A DNA stretch of 64,000 bases from Toensbergia leucococca. Lineage: Eukaryota. Below, piece by piece: positions 52,045 to 64,000 of the stretch. The notes beneath the pieces are model-generated. The model ran no database searches. It saw only the letters and a program-made list of their open reading frames with translations, and was not told the DNA's origin. The DNA lies in the NCBI GenBank assembly GCA_022813965.1, contig JALDZS010000032.1:1-64000 (forward strand). Reading direction: 5' to 3'. Position 1 is the first letter of the stretch. Each line of letters begins with the position of its first letter. The translations under genes and the position numbers were made by a program.

Positions 52045-52981
52045 ATGGATCCCATCTTTACCATGTTCAGTCCAAGAGTGCGTGGCCCTACAACTTTAAG
52101 ACCAAAATTCATCTTCGTCGTCGGTAACCACTAGCACCTACTTCTTCAGGAAAGCTTCTCCCTTAGCATACAAACTTCGGCAGGTCATCCAGGCGCCGGT
52201 AAACACACGCAATGCACGGATCTCTCGATGGCGAACCCGCGAATCGCTCATATTTCTTATTATTACATGCTGAGGCGTGTGAGCCCTACTTGGATTGATG
52301 CGGCAGAAATAAATGACTGCCTGAAGCGAGGTGCCGTTGTGCCACACAAAATCACTATGTATTTGATGAGCGGACACATTTACTCGACCTTGAGGCTCGA
52401 AAAGGACTGGATCATTGTGGACGGATTCCCAGAAACTGTGGAGCAACTGCAAATGTTTGAAGAGAAGGTGAGTGAAGCAAATGATTGACTAGACTAGGAA
52501 GAGTCTTTAGATTCTGTACTGACTTCTGAGGAACAAGATCACAGGCGACGTTCTCGCACTCGTGAACTTTTGTTGCTCGAGCGAAGAGTTGGTTGAACGA
52601 GTGAGTCGGCGGAAAGACCCCTCGGACCCTTTTAGGCGGGCTGCGGAGATGGAAATGGTGGATGGTCTAGCATACGTGAATTACAATGTTGGCGTCATTG
52701 TCCCAATCCTTCGTTATTTTCATTACAAAGAACAGGGATGGAAGGATGGGAAGAAGCATTTTACTGCGAGTCTTGCAGTACCTATTACCAGACAGAATCT
52801 TGCTGACCAGGCAAGTTGAATGCCGAACGAGATCGTCAGGTCGTCTATGCTGCATTCAAAACCGCTGTGGAGGTGAGTCCACGCGTATTCTTTTTGGAGA
52901 GCGTCGAAGTCTAGGCTAAGATAGGCACATAGGGCATCTTCGAAGCAGGTGTGGTTACGGTCTCTAATTTGGATGATTTGA
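52045..52981 (+). CDS. Divergent nucleoside monophosphate (UMP-CMP/adenylate) kinase-like protein; multi-exon, 3' end uncertain
   Basis: Spliced FIFVVG|HPGAGKHTQC P-loop, AHIS, IIVDGFPETVEQLQMFEEK and a C-terminal LNAERDRQVVY segment. Confidence 0.7.
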
Positions 52982-53373
52982 ACATTTTTTGTTCATGCCA
53001 GAGAAATGAGGGCTGATTGTCAGGGAGAGTTGTCATAGTGAGGGAAGCAGTGAGTGGCGGAGCAGAGTTTTCCCTTTTCTTTGTCATTGAGCGGCGAAGA
53101 AAATGGGCATGCATGTTTTGAATCTTTCAAGTCATTGAAGGTAGCATAAATGCGAAATCCACACTCTTTTTTAGAAGGTACTCATTAGAATCTCTGCTCC
53201 TACCCCTCAAGATCCTGTAAGGCTATTATAAAATCCCAACACCCCCATCTCAAGAATCCGGTGGAGGATTGTTGAGGTAGGGGTGTTGGGATATGATTGC
53301 CCTGCTGCGAATGTGATAATTTTTCCCTAATGCAAGATTAGGTCTGAGCATATACCTGAATCTCATTTATCAT

Positions 53374-54156
53374 GGCTCCTGATGTACGGATATGGACGCC
53401 CCCTTTTTGATAGGTGGAGGCCCCCCCCACCAACCTCACCCCCACCTCCGGGCGCATGATCACCAAAGGAAATCTTATCATTCTGCACCACAAATCCTCC
53501 ATAAGTCACTTTTGCATGCCATACATCTCATGATTCACGTGGTCTTTTAGAAAGCAACTGTCACATAAGAAAAATCAATGAGATTTTTACTGCCCATGAT
53601 CTCCACTCAATTCTTTCACCCCGGATCCTGCTGTCACCCCACCCCTGTGCATCATTCAATCACGGTGTGGAGACAACAACAGGGCCCTTAATAAGGGTGA
53701 TACACAGCGTGAACCCTTCTGCAATTCGAATGAGTAGAACAAGGGCCTTTCAGGGTGGCCCCGGGGTGGAATGAGGTGGGCCGGGGTTTAGTGAGGGCGA
53801 GGAGGACCTAGAGGGAGGGGGAGGTGGCAGTTTCTATAAATGGATAACAGAGTATTTTCATGATTTTTTGGAAGGAAGGTAGATAGCTTGCATGCAAAAT
53901 CAAGATGTGTTTTTGCGCGCCTGAGGGTGAGGGGATTCAAGTTGGGATGTGGTGGTACAACACTATGGGGTTTTCTCCTAGGTAAGTTGGGCTTTCTGGA
54001 TTTGCAACGCAAAGAGAACTGGTGAAATGGCTTGTCACAGTGACGGAGAATTTGAGGGGAAAATTGTGGTGCAGAATGATAAGATTTCACTCAGTGGGTG
54101 AGGTGGGGGGGGGGGTGTCCACCTATCAAAAGAGGGTGTCCTGATATTCAATTTCC
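53374..54156. mobile_element. Second, diverged member of the 21027-21607 MITE family with longer foldback arms
   Basis: Arms ccccttttTgataggtgga...cttatcattctgcaccacaa and ttgtggtgcagaatgataag...tccacctatcaaaag. The reverse complement of 53845-54080 aligns with 21120-21355 (ttacctaggagaaaa, gcaagctatctacct, aaatactctgttat). Ends are approximate. Confidence 0.8.
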
Positions 54157-54590
54157 TTTATTTATTCAATCGGTATTGTTTTGAGGGAAAGGAAGGGATG
54201 TCAGATTCATTGAAATGGGGGTGTCGGAATATTGTGATGGACGCTTTTGGGGAGAAAGGAGTAAAGAGATGATTGTGTCAAGGTATGATCTCTATTCATA
54301 CTCATCATCAGATGTGAAGTTGAATCTTTTGATACTGAGCTGACTGAATGAAATGACCAATGAGTGGATCTTGTGACATAATCAAACATGATCTTTTCAG
54401 CTAGGTATGAAATGATAATACAGATCAGTCATAGCGTCCTCCAACTCGTTCTTTTCTCCATCAACTGGAAGCAAACGCCGGTAGTCCTTTCATGCATTAG
54501 ACCCGAGATTAGACTTGTCATGGAGATGCAATTCGATGGAATTATTCTCCAATCCACGGAAATTGAAATATCCTCTTGTGGAATTGCCCC

Positions 54591-55922
54591 TTATTTCTTC
54601 GTTGGTGCCTCCGACTCAATCACGTCTACCTGCCGCGTCACCATTATACCATTCGCACTATTCTCCGGTATTTCTGTCAGTTCAAATCCGGGATGCCTAT
54701 CCAAACCAGCTCGACTTTCGATCATGTCCTCGAGACTTTCGGATGGCCTGCCCGGGTTCCCTGCGCTACCAAATGTTCGAATTCTTGTTTCGTCATCACG
54801 CTGTCTGGTGTAATCTTGATGGGAGTGCTTGGTCGGCTTGCTTTTACCGTATACAAAACGGATTAGCGGAGTCAAAGAAGGCAGGCAAGCGCTGAATACG
54901 CCAAAGTTGACTTCGAGGCAAGACCACATCCCAGTAAAGACGGCTGTCCCTGTTCATACCATTAGTAATACTCCTTGATTCGTTCCATGAAACGGTTGCT
55001 TACATGGTAGGTCAGCCGCAACAATTTGACGGATTGCGACTAATCTAGCGATACTCATTGCACAGACACTTTTTCATCACTCCGGATCAGCAAAAGTCTA
55101 ATCACAACAACGTTTCACATACAAGGAGCCTATTGTAAATGAAAATACAAGTCCCCATTTCTTGGCGTTCGCTAATTGTAACCTCCACACCACGGGCAAC
55201 GGCAGACACAACACGACGAGGACAGTGACCATGCTCCACGTTCCATTGGCGAAGTAGTAGACATCGGCATTGATACAATGACCATCTGGAATAGATCGAT
55301 CCCAGAAAAATGCCACCGGCGTGCATTGAAAAATCAGAACAATGATGGCGGAGATGGTCCAGCCAACGGTGAGTCCGGATATGATCCAAATGGATCTACG
55401 GAGCCATGCTTTTACCGGGAAAAGTCATTGATAAAAGAGGAGAATTGACACTATTATCAGGAACATTGCAATGGTCCAGGTGAACTCCTGGATCCAAAAG
55501 CTCTGCGATAAATTAGTGTCAAAGCATGCTTGCAACTATCTAGTAGACTGACAATACCGAAAAGGATTACTTCATCGTGGTCGAGGTCACTTATATGCCT
55601 TCCCAGACCGTTTCCAACGCCTTAGATCGTAGTCAGCAGCAAAACTTAAGACACCTCCAAGGGAGCTCACTGAGAAGAGTAAAGATATTTGTAAGCCATG
55701 AAAAGACCTATGTGAGATTAAAACTCTGAGGCAGAGAGGTTCAGAGATGGCAATGATACTCACTAAAGCAAGGACTGCAGTCCAGTCGTCCCACCATAGA
55801 TTGGCCGCGGTTATTCGCCGTGTGATGATGCGCAAGACAACAGAGAGAGCAGATAGTATAAAGCAGAATGTAAGTACCGAGATTATTGTAATCTGATTTG
55901 TATCATAAGGCTTGTCTGCCAT
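54591..55922 (-). pseudogene. PTH11-like (non-CFEM rhodopsin-domain) integral membrane protein with a premature stop
   Basis: LRIITR...LWWDDW, FQCTPVAFFWD....GHC, LPLPVVWRLQL and WSCLEVNFGVFSACLP. In-frame TGA at 55425-55427 (LLFYQ*LFP). Confidence 0.8.
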
Positions 55923-57773
55923 TTCGCCTGCAGTAGATCAATAGCTCTATACTTGCTAATGAACAAACAAGTCACCGCTGGACAGAGACTTGGGCTTTCT
56001 CAAGACAGCAAACTCAAGATGAAATGAAATCAATGCACGATTGCAGAACATGTAGCATATATTGAATAAAATAATGGGCCAAAGCATCTTGTGATTATGT
56101 GTAGAAATCTGAGGCCACATTCCGTGAATATGCTGGACTATGCCACCAATAGAAAGCTGTCATACTGTTCAGGCTCTTGTCTTGATGGTAGAAGATGAGA
56201 AGGTGAAACTTCAGCCTTGTCGATCAGTAAGTGTGACGCAGGACATGCTCAAATGGTAAGGTAAGCGTGCACCCTGCATCCTTCACCGCTGCCAAAAACG
56301 AGATGAGTGCATAGGAGCTTTTGAGCTAGGTAATGCAGATTAATGAGAGCCAAAGAATTCGGAAGCACCATTCCTTTCCAAGATATTGGAGGAGGCATTT
56401 GGTTCCTCACGTTGGCTGTGTAACCACTGCGGCTCTGTGAATTATAAGTACTTGTATCCCGGTGAAGAAGTGGGGAAACGGTCAGCTGTTCAGCTTCTCT
56501 GTGACTGAGGAGAGATTTCAGTGGCTGTAAAGTAAGAAGACTTTTGCTTGTCGAGTCAGTGGCATAATTCCACATCATCATTCTCTTGGCCTATCCACTC
56601 GAGGCTGGATGTAACGGTACATCTGCTTTGTCTGCAAGTCAAGTCGTTCAGTTGTGGTGTTCAAGCATTTGAGGATTCTGCAGAGACCGAGGGAAGATCT
56701 GCTTGCTTCGAGACGTGATCTTCGGGATGTACCATGGCTTCCTCGTAGGCAGGCAGGAGGCACAGACCGAAGTACTAAAGTTCTTTTGTGATACCATAAT
56801 CAAGGTGCGTTACACAACCCGAGAAAAGCATACTGCTTCACGGAGTAGTGATTAAGTGCTATGTACCTTAGGTGGCAGATAATGAAGGTGGGCTTTCAGG
56901 GTATTTAGCGCACTTGTGCAAGATTTGTGTCAACGGTTGGCACACACAATTTTGTCACTCTACTCACTGATGTTCTTCAAACAGCAATAACAAGAGAATG
57001 ATCATGTAATTTATGGTGCTTTATCATGTGATCCTTTTCCCGCAAGAACTAATTAAATCCCCTGAAAAACCAATGAAGGAGTTGTGATCTTCAAACCTCT
57101 TCATGACTTCCTCAATCTTATGAACCCTTTGACAATGATATCTTTATAATTACTAAGAAATCTAATTAGTTTTTGCTGTGAAAGAATCGCCTGATAGATT
57201 ACCACCAGCTGTCTGAATGAGGACTTCAGCACAGTACCAATCAATAACACTACGGCATAATCCTCAAAAACAACAGCAACATCAATCGTCCCTCGGAAAT
57301 CAGGCATGGATTCCCCCTCAACCCCTACACAACCACATCGCAATAGAACAGCCACATTCCATCAGTAAAGTGTCAAGCCATCTGACACGGCACACAACCA
57401 GAATCACTCAAAAGCCAATCAATAAATAGTAAAAAAGTCATTGTATTCCTGTCCTTGCTAATTTAAAATGCAACGCCTATTCCATTGCCAGGAATGAAAG
57501 AGATGAGACCATCTTACTGGGATTCAGATAAAGAGGCAGGTGAAGAGGAGAGATGATAGGATTCACGCATGAGAATCTGCCCTTCCAATAGCAGCCGGGC
57601 TGCATCAATGCACAGAAAAGCCATAAGCCAAAAACTGGTGTCTCCACGATGTCGAGAAAGTACGACGTCTGGAGAGAGCCTCTCTCATGCGCCAATGGAC
57701 ACAAGCGTACCGCATTGTATAGAAAATGCAACATCACGGTCAAAACTTTCACGATATCATGATTGGGGGAAAC

Positions 57774-60117
57774 TCAGGTCATAATCTCCCTCTTAACCTT
57801 GGTACGTAAAGAGTCCACCTCACCATTCAAAATCTACCAACCGGTTAGCACCAAATTCCCCAAACTCGCAAACAAGCAATCGAGTACCCACCCCAGCTTT
57901 CCTCTTTCCAAGTACCGAATCAGGCGTTCCCGTCCTCAACGGTGTATTCCCCCCCTCCTTCTTAACTTCCGCGTGACAACTAGCATGGTACACTCTCCCT
58001 CCCAACTTCACAGCGTCCATCCACACAAAATCCTGCGCTTCGTCGCTCCATGAGGTGTCAAATTTCTCTTGGCAGATGGGACAGGGTGCGTTAGCTAGAG
58101 CAGGATCGCTGGGCACGGGTATGTATTTATTTTTGGGATCATTGGCAGCTGCCGTTGCGGCTGCAGAAGCTTTAGATGCGTCGGATCCGTTCGGAGCGGC
58201 ACTGAAAGTTTCTTCGTTGTCATCTCGTGATTTGATCCATTCCTGAATAGGCTGCTTAGGGCATGTCAAGTGTGGAAAGGATCTTCGAAGCGACTTACCA
58301 ATTCATCCACGTACCAGCTTCGGCTTTGGCCACGCCTAGCCGCATCTGCTAATCGTTGGTTTGTTCGAAAATGCCAATCTAGGTGTCGGGCTTTCTTTGT
58401 CCGACCCTCCTCTGTGGCAAGGAAGCGTTTGCCGCACGTTGAGCATTGATTGGGTCGCGCTTCATAAAGTGTTGAGATCAAATGAGGTCGTGGTCTGTAA
58501 GAATTAGACAAAGTTATAGAGACTACCGGATAAGGACGTACGTTTTAAGAGAGGCTGATGTGAGCTGAACATCATTCCGTATACCGTTGAGGGCAGGATG
58601 TGCCAAATTTGCAGGTTGGGTTGGTGGTGTGGTTAGTGTTGATGCGGCACGTTGAAATTGAAACGGAGGATGAGCAGAGCCTTGGGAATTAATCGGGGGT
58701 GTGCTCATACTAGGCGGCAGCATACCAGCTGCTCTGAGCGACGCTATCAGAGTACTTTCGCCTCCATTAGAAGCCGGCATAGTATTTGCGGATGGCTGCG
58801 AGGATGGTATTTGCGGCTCTCTTAAAGATATCCGAGGATTAGATGGCGTGGGCGGTGCTTGCTGAGATTTGGAGACAGAAGCGAGAAGATCCGCCAAAGC
58901 ATTAGAAGAAAGAAGAGATTGTAAATCTGGTTGTTGTGGCGTTGGTTGTGGAGGCGGAGGTTGCGGCAGAGGCTGTGGAAGAAAGACAAACGGCATAGGA
59001 GATGGAGCTGGCCTCTGAGTCGGTGCTTGTTGCGGCGCTGGTAGAGCCATTACCGGTTTTGCTGGAAGTGAAAGTTGAGCAACTTGGTCTCGAATCTGTT
59101 GGATTTGGTCCGGTGGAAGTTGTTGATTTTTCAAGATGCTCTGCAAATCAAGCAAGGCCTTTAATCGCTCTTGTATACCCCGATCGTAGGGGTTGCCAGC
59201 AAAAGCTGTTCTTGCCGTAGACACCAAAGCTTCAATATCTCTATGTAGCGAATCAAGATTGCTAGCAGAATGCGGCTGAGGCTGTGGTGAGTAAGCTCCA
59301 GGCTGTTGGTAAGGCTGTTGGAACTGCGGCGGTGTGGGTTGTACGGGAGAAAATGTGGGATAAGCATAGGGAGACTAGGATTTGTTCAGCTCATCACTCG
59401 ATTTCTTTGGCTTGTAAGGAACATAGATATAACGTACTTGCATGTGGCCATTTTGTAAATGCTGTGATGGATATCTTGGCGGTGCTTGAGGGTAGCGTAT
59501 CTGTGTTTGAGGTGGGGTAGGAGTGTGTCTCCAGGGGACGGGCGGTGTTGCTGTAGGTCGCCCTCGACCGAGCAGTTCTTGCTGGCTCTTTACTTGTTGC
59601 GTTTGCTGCTGTATTGCGATTGTTCGTGCCTTGATTAAAGCGTTTTCAATAGGCCGAGTGGTTTCAACAGGAAATACAGGTTTAGTGTCCAATGTACCGG
59701 GCACTGGTTCTTTCCAAGTTTTTAGCATCTCATCGAGCTTCTTGCGCACCTGTAGGCCGACTAGACAATATGCATCCATAAATGTTTTATATAGTTCGCG
59801 GCCAAGGTAAAGTGTATACGGAGAGCCAACGTTCTTGACGACGGAATCGAGGACGTATAAAGCTGGCAGCTTACGCTCTGGAGGTGTCTGATGAAAAATT
59901 AGTTGCTTCCTTCTTTTACATTGGCGCAGGTACTAGAACTAGGACTTACATATCGAATATGGTTCTCAATCACCCTGGATATAGCCAAGGCATGCTCTGT
60001 ATTCTCCTTTGCAATGACAGTTAGATTGCTGATCTCGTATCTCGAGTTCATAGTCAGGTCCTCAAGAGAATTCTTGTAGTCTTCAGCGACCTCATCAGAA
60101 GGGAGTCCGACAGACAT
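57774..60117 (-). CDS. PCF11: mRNA cleavage/termination factor Pcf11 (CID domain plus zinc fingers); multi-exon
   Basis: SLEDLTMNSRYEISNLTVIAKE, KLPALYVLDSVVKNVG, CSTCGKRF...HLDWHFR and CPICQEKF...YHASC. Confidence 0.95.
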
Positions 60118-60801
60118 GGTGGGCTCTGAAAACTGGCGGGGCTTTGTATCAGACTGCTCAGTCAGAAGTCGAAGGCAGGAGAAAGGTCAAAGGCCTCTCT
60201 TGTGAGATGGCAATGCTTGAAATGATTAATGGAGCTTTCTTGTGGCAGAATAAGCAGCGCCAGTCTCTCAATAGGACTGTTCCTGCAAAAGCGAAGCACA
60301 ATAGTGATTGAAGTCGCAACTAGCTATTCTCCCAAATGAAGCACCAAAGCACAACAGCCCGATACGCGCACGTGCTGGCTCAATATCACAATCTTCCTAG
60401 AGACCAACCACCTCCCCAATCCAAGTGTGTACTGTAGCCAAGACCGAGAGCACTTCCGACCAGCCAAAGCTATCCCGAATGAACGACCTATGTCGAAGGT
60501 TAAAGTGATAGAGAGGTGAAAGGTAGAGAGAGGAATGGGGTTGATGGAGAAGTCGAGACTTCGTTGATGTAAAGAACAATGATAGGTGTTGAAAGGTTGT
60601 TAGTAAAGTGAAGCGAAGGAGCTGAACGAGGGAATGTTTCCATACACTAGCCTCAGCCTTAGCGCCAGCTTCATGAAGTGCAACGTCACACCGTCGTCTT
60701 TGTCTGTTTTGTGCTTCATTTCTACATCACAGCGCGCTTCATCCATTCGTACATATTACATCGCGCCAAAGCAATACCTCTACGCATACAGTATTCCCAA
60801 G

Positions 60802-61264
60802 ATGAAGGCTTTTATGCTATCTACCCTCTTTGCGTTTATGATTCTTGCTGTGACTGGACTTGCGACACAAAAACCGGTCTTAGTAACTTATCCTCAGGGG
60901 ACGCCTGAATCGATTCTTGATCAGGCTAAAGATGCAATCACGGCTGCTGTGAGTTTTCTTCAGTTGGAACTCGATGTCTCCCAGAGGCTCATTTACAATA
61001 CTAGGGCGGAGTCATCACCCATGAATTTAGTGAGTCACTACCTCATCCTACTTTCTGCACCCCAATTAACCGTCATTCCAGATCTCTTTAGGTGTGACAA
61101 CCTCCAGCTCTATTCATTGTGTTTTGTGAATACTGAGAATCCAACATAGAGGCTTCGCAGCCACAGCGTCCGCAAATGCTCTTGAAATGATCAATACATT
61201 ATCAGCAGAATACAGCCCTACTATTGAAGAAGACTCGGTGGTGACGATTCAAGGTGAAACTTAA
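60802..61264 (+). CDS. Small secreted protein, peptidase inhibitor I9/propeptide-like; multi-exon
   Basis: Signal peptide; VLVTYPQGTPESILDQAKDAITAA|GGVITHEF...GFAA...TIEEDSVVTI. Confidence 0.8.
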
Positions 61265-62028
61265 AAACAATTGGGAACAAAGTTTGGCTGTGGGTCCTTC
61301 TAGTCGATGGTCAGGTGGCGTAAAGGTTGAACTAGTCATTGTTTTGCGTTGAGTCTACTCAGCGAATTCTGCTTGCGGCATCTTGAAAGAGTTGTGGTTA
61401 AAGCTACCTTAAGCGGATATCATATCACTGAGTTATTTTTGTGAATATTCTAAATCTCGTTGCAGGATATTAACTGAATGTTTACGGTTAAAAAGGCCTC
61501 AGCTAAGATATTGCAGCCCCACAAAGATGCCAATTTTTTGCGACATGTCAAGCAGTTGTGCTTGAGAATTGTCACTCAGTACCTCGGCTAAAATTGGAAT
61601 TCAACAGCTAGCCAAATGTGAAGGAGCTCATGTGAGCTGTAAAGTGTCATGCGAATATCGCACGTCCCAGACATCCTTTCTAGTGACAGTGGTAGATATC
61701 GAATTACAGATGTTAAGTAATGCTTTCGGCGCTTGCGTGACAAAGGAAGACCCGAGTGGTGAGCACGGTCTTTGTCACATAATGAAAGTGTATGGTTCAA
61801 TCGGTATCGATATCGAGGTCGAGGGTCTGCGCATGGACTAGCGTCGTGTGGGGACAAGGGCAACGCGATGACCTCGAACTTCGCGATTAACTTCTTTGTG
61901 ATTGTATATTCATCCTCTATGCCATCTCCGCCTCGCCATAATGCTTTTCACTCCGAGTCTTGATCTTTTGCATTGTGCACCTATAACTTGCAGACGCTGG
62001 CAAAATCGCTCTGCGAGAGATCGACCTA

Positions 62029-64000
62029 ATGGAACGTCGAGAACGCCTGGGAGAAGAGGCCCTCTTGGAATGGGTCAGTTGAGCCTTTGATCAGTTCCCA
62101 AACATTGCTATGCTGATTTGTTATACTTAGATCAACAGTTTTCCCCTTTCGGAGAAAGCCACGTCTTTGAAAGGACTCAGTAACGGGTACCAGATCTGGC
62201 AGGTGCTCCGTAAGCTTCGAAATTACCCCGTGCGATATTGGTAGGCTGATGAGGACACCACAGATGATGTCGATCCTGTCTACTTCACCGATGACTTCTT
62301 AGAAGGCTCAGAAACTTCCGCTAAATACGCGGCACGGTGGAAGAATATCAATTGTAGAGCCTACGTTCCCAATTTCCAAACTGCAAAGAAGCTGACGTTC
62401 AAACAGTCAACCCAATTTACTTCAAGTTGAGATCATACGTCGAGGATGAATTACATGAAATGCTCCCAAAGCGTTCCAGTATTGCAGATCTCGAATTAAT
62501 GACTGAAGATACTGAGCTTGGAGAGGTCGTCAAGGTAGGTCTATCTCTAAGGCACCTCGCCGACCAGCGTACTAATATACGACGCAAGCTTCTGAAATTG
62601 GTTCTGTGGGCTTTGATCAAATGTCCTAGATACACAGAGTATATCTCAAAAATGCTCACCTTCCGCGCCTCTACACAAGTATATTTAAAGGACTTGATAC
62701 AAGAACTCCAAGCTACTTCCAAGCTACCAGCTGATTCCGACACTCCCGAAGGCGATCTTGGTCTTTCTCCGGCACCGGACAAGAATGCATATCTGCTTCT
62801 GAAAGAACGTCTCTCGTTGGTCTCAGCCAGTAATGAAAAGCTCCAAGAAGAAAAGGGGGATATACAGTACGATCTCGACCGACTTCATGCTCGGTTGGAT
62901 CATTTGCAGGAAAGCAACGTACGTGAGCACATGAGTATTCCGGTAGGGCGATGCTGATATATTAGAAAAGAACGCCTTGCGGGCTGAACTCACAAAAGCT
63001 CAAGATGAATCGAAATTGAAGATCTCAAAACCTAATGTTGAAATGAGCACGAGTATTGATAAGCTCGAGATGCAAATGTATAGTCACTCGGTTCGATGTA
63101 TGCAGACATACTGACGGCTTGTATAGTCGAACGCAGGATGAAACCATTACTTATCAAGAGAGTAAAATGTCAGAACTTCAAACTCAGAATGATGCCTTAC
63201 AGATACAAGTAAGTTTCCAACAGCATGCATGGCCAAGTGGAACATAGCTGATACATCTCCAATAGGTGGATAAACTTCATACATCGAACGACAAGGTCCG
63301 GCAGCTTCGAGATGAATTAGACGAGGTCAAAGCTGAACGGAATGAGCTTTCCAAGAAGACCAATACCATTGAAAAATATAAGCAAAAGCTTCAAGCCAGT
63401 TCAAAGCTTGAACAGGAGTACGGTTCGATGAAGCAGGAAATTGAAGACGTTCGGGGGCAGTTGAAAATTGCCGACAAGGCTAGACAGCAAGTAGCCGGTC
63501 TGCAGCTGGCAATCAAAGAGTACAATCGCACTTTACCCAAAATTGAACAGGATTGTCGTGAACTGGAAATGATGAAAAAGCAGCTCGAACACGACAATGC
63601 CGCCCTGGTGGAGCGGTGTGAGGTGGCCACTGAACAGCATGCACAGGATCGAGAAACTATTGCAGATTTGCGTGACAAGCTAGGCAGTACGACATCTAGT
63701 CGCAATTCTGGCTCAAGCAATGGGGATAAACTCACCCTTGACAAAATGCTTGGACAAACTTCGTCTCACAGCACTGATTCGTGAGTGACTGATGTCCTTC
63801 TACTGGCTACAACATGGCTAATGCAAAAGGCAGACAAATCGACGAGATTCAACAGCTTAGGGGAAGTGTTGAACATTTTGAGACCGCAACCTTCAAGTTG
63901 CAACAGATCCTTGACCAAACCAATGCTAAGCTCGATGAGTCCAACAAGAGGTATACGGATACATATCAGGAAAAACTTACATTAGAGTCATCTCTAGCTG
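62029..64000 (+). CDS. Hook-family microtubule/dynein adaptor (HookA/Hok1-like); multi-exon, truncated by the window end
   Basis: ALLEW|INSF...LSNG..IWQVL..VDPVYF Hook-domain-like start, then a long coiled coil containing LRDELDE and NTIEKYKQKL. Confidence 0.8.

Noticed and set aside
56250..56770. Minus-strand frame with PAYEEA and several TGA stops, possible pseudogene
   Set aside because: No identifiable family; evidence too weak.

Overview
Intron-containing filamentous ascomycete (Pezizomycotina) genomic DNA. Most of the window is ordinary housekeeping sequence: AA9 LPMO, eIF2D/TMA64, SEY1, a thioesterase, an MDR oxidoreductase, a flavocytochrome b2-like enzyme, PFK26, RNase H1, a Na+/H+ antiporter, SWS1-like, RPN8, ADK1, a Gfo/Idh/MocA dehydrogenase, PCF11, an I9-like inhibitor and a Hook protein. 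It also holds a mutated pogo/Fot1-type transposase and several MITE-like elements. The standout is an accessory island of about 10 kb (17.7-28 kb) that looks like a cell-death/nonself-recognition locus made of two head-to-head gene pairs. In the first pair, a HET-S homolog (HeLo plus two-repeat prion-forming domain) faces a gene whose short first exon is missed by the ORF track. That exon encodes a matching single HET-s-like amyloid motif spliced directly onto hypervariable ankyrin repeats with no NACHT/NB-ARC domain, so it is a candidate NOD-less amyloid-signalling receptor. The second pair encodes two proteins with probable HeLo-like N-termini, one ending in an SH3 domain that appears captured from a RhoGEF. 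Mutated sequences show an unusual C->T signature (CCA->TCA, CGA->TGA) rather than classical CpA RIP. All calls were made by eye; family names come from recalled motifs, not database searches, and exon boundaries are manual.
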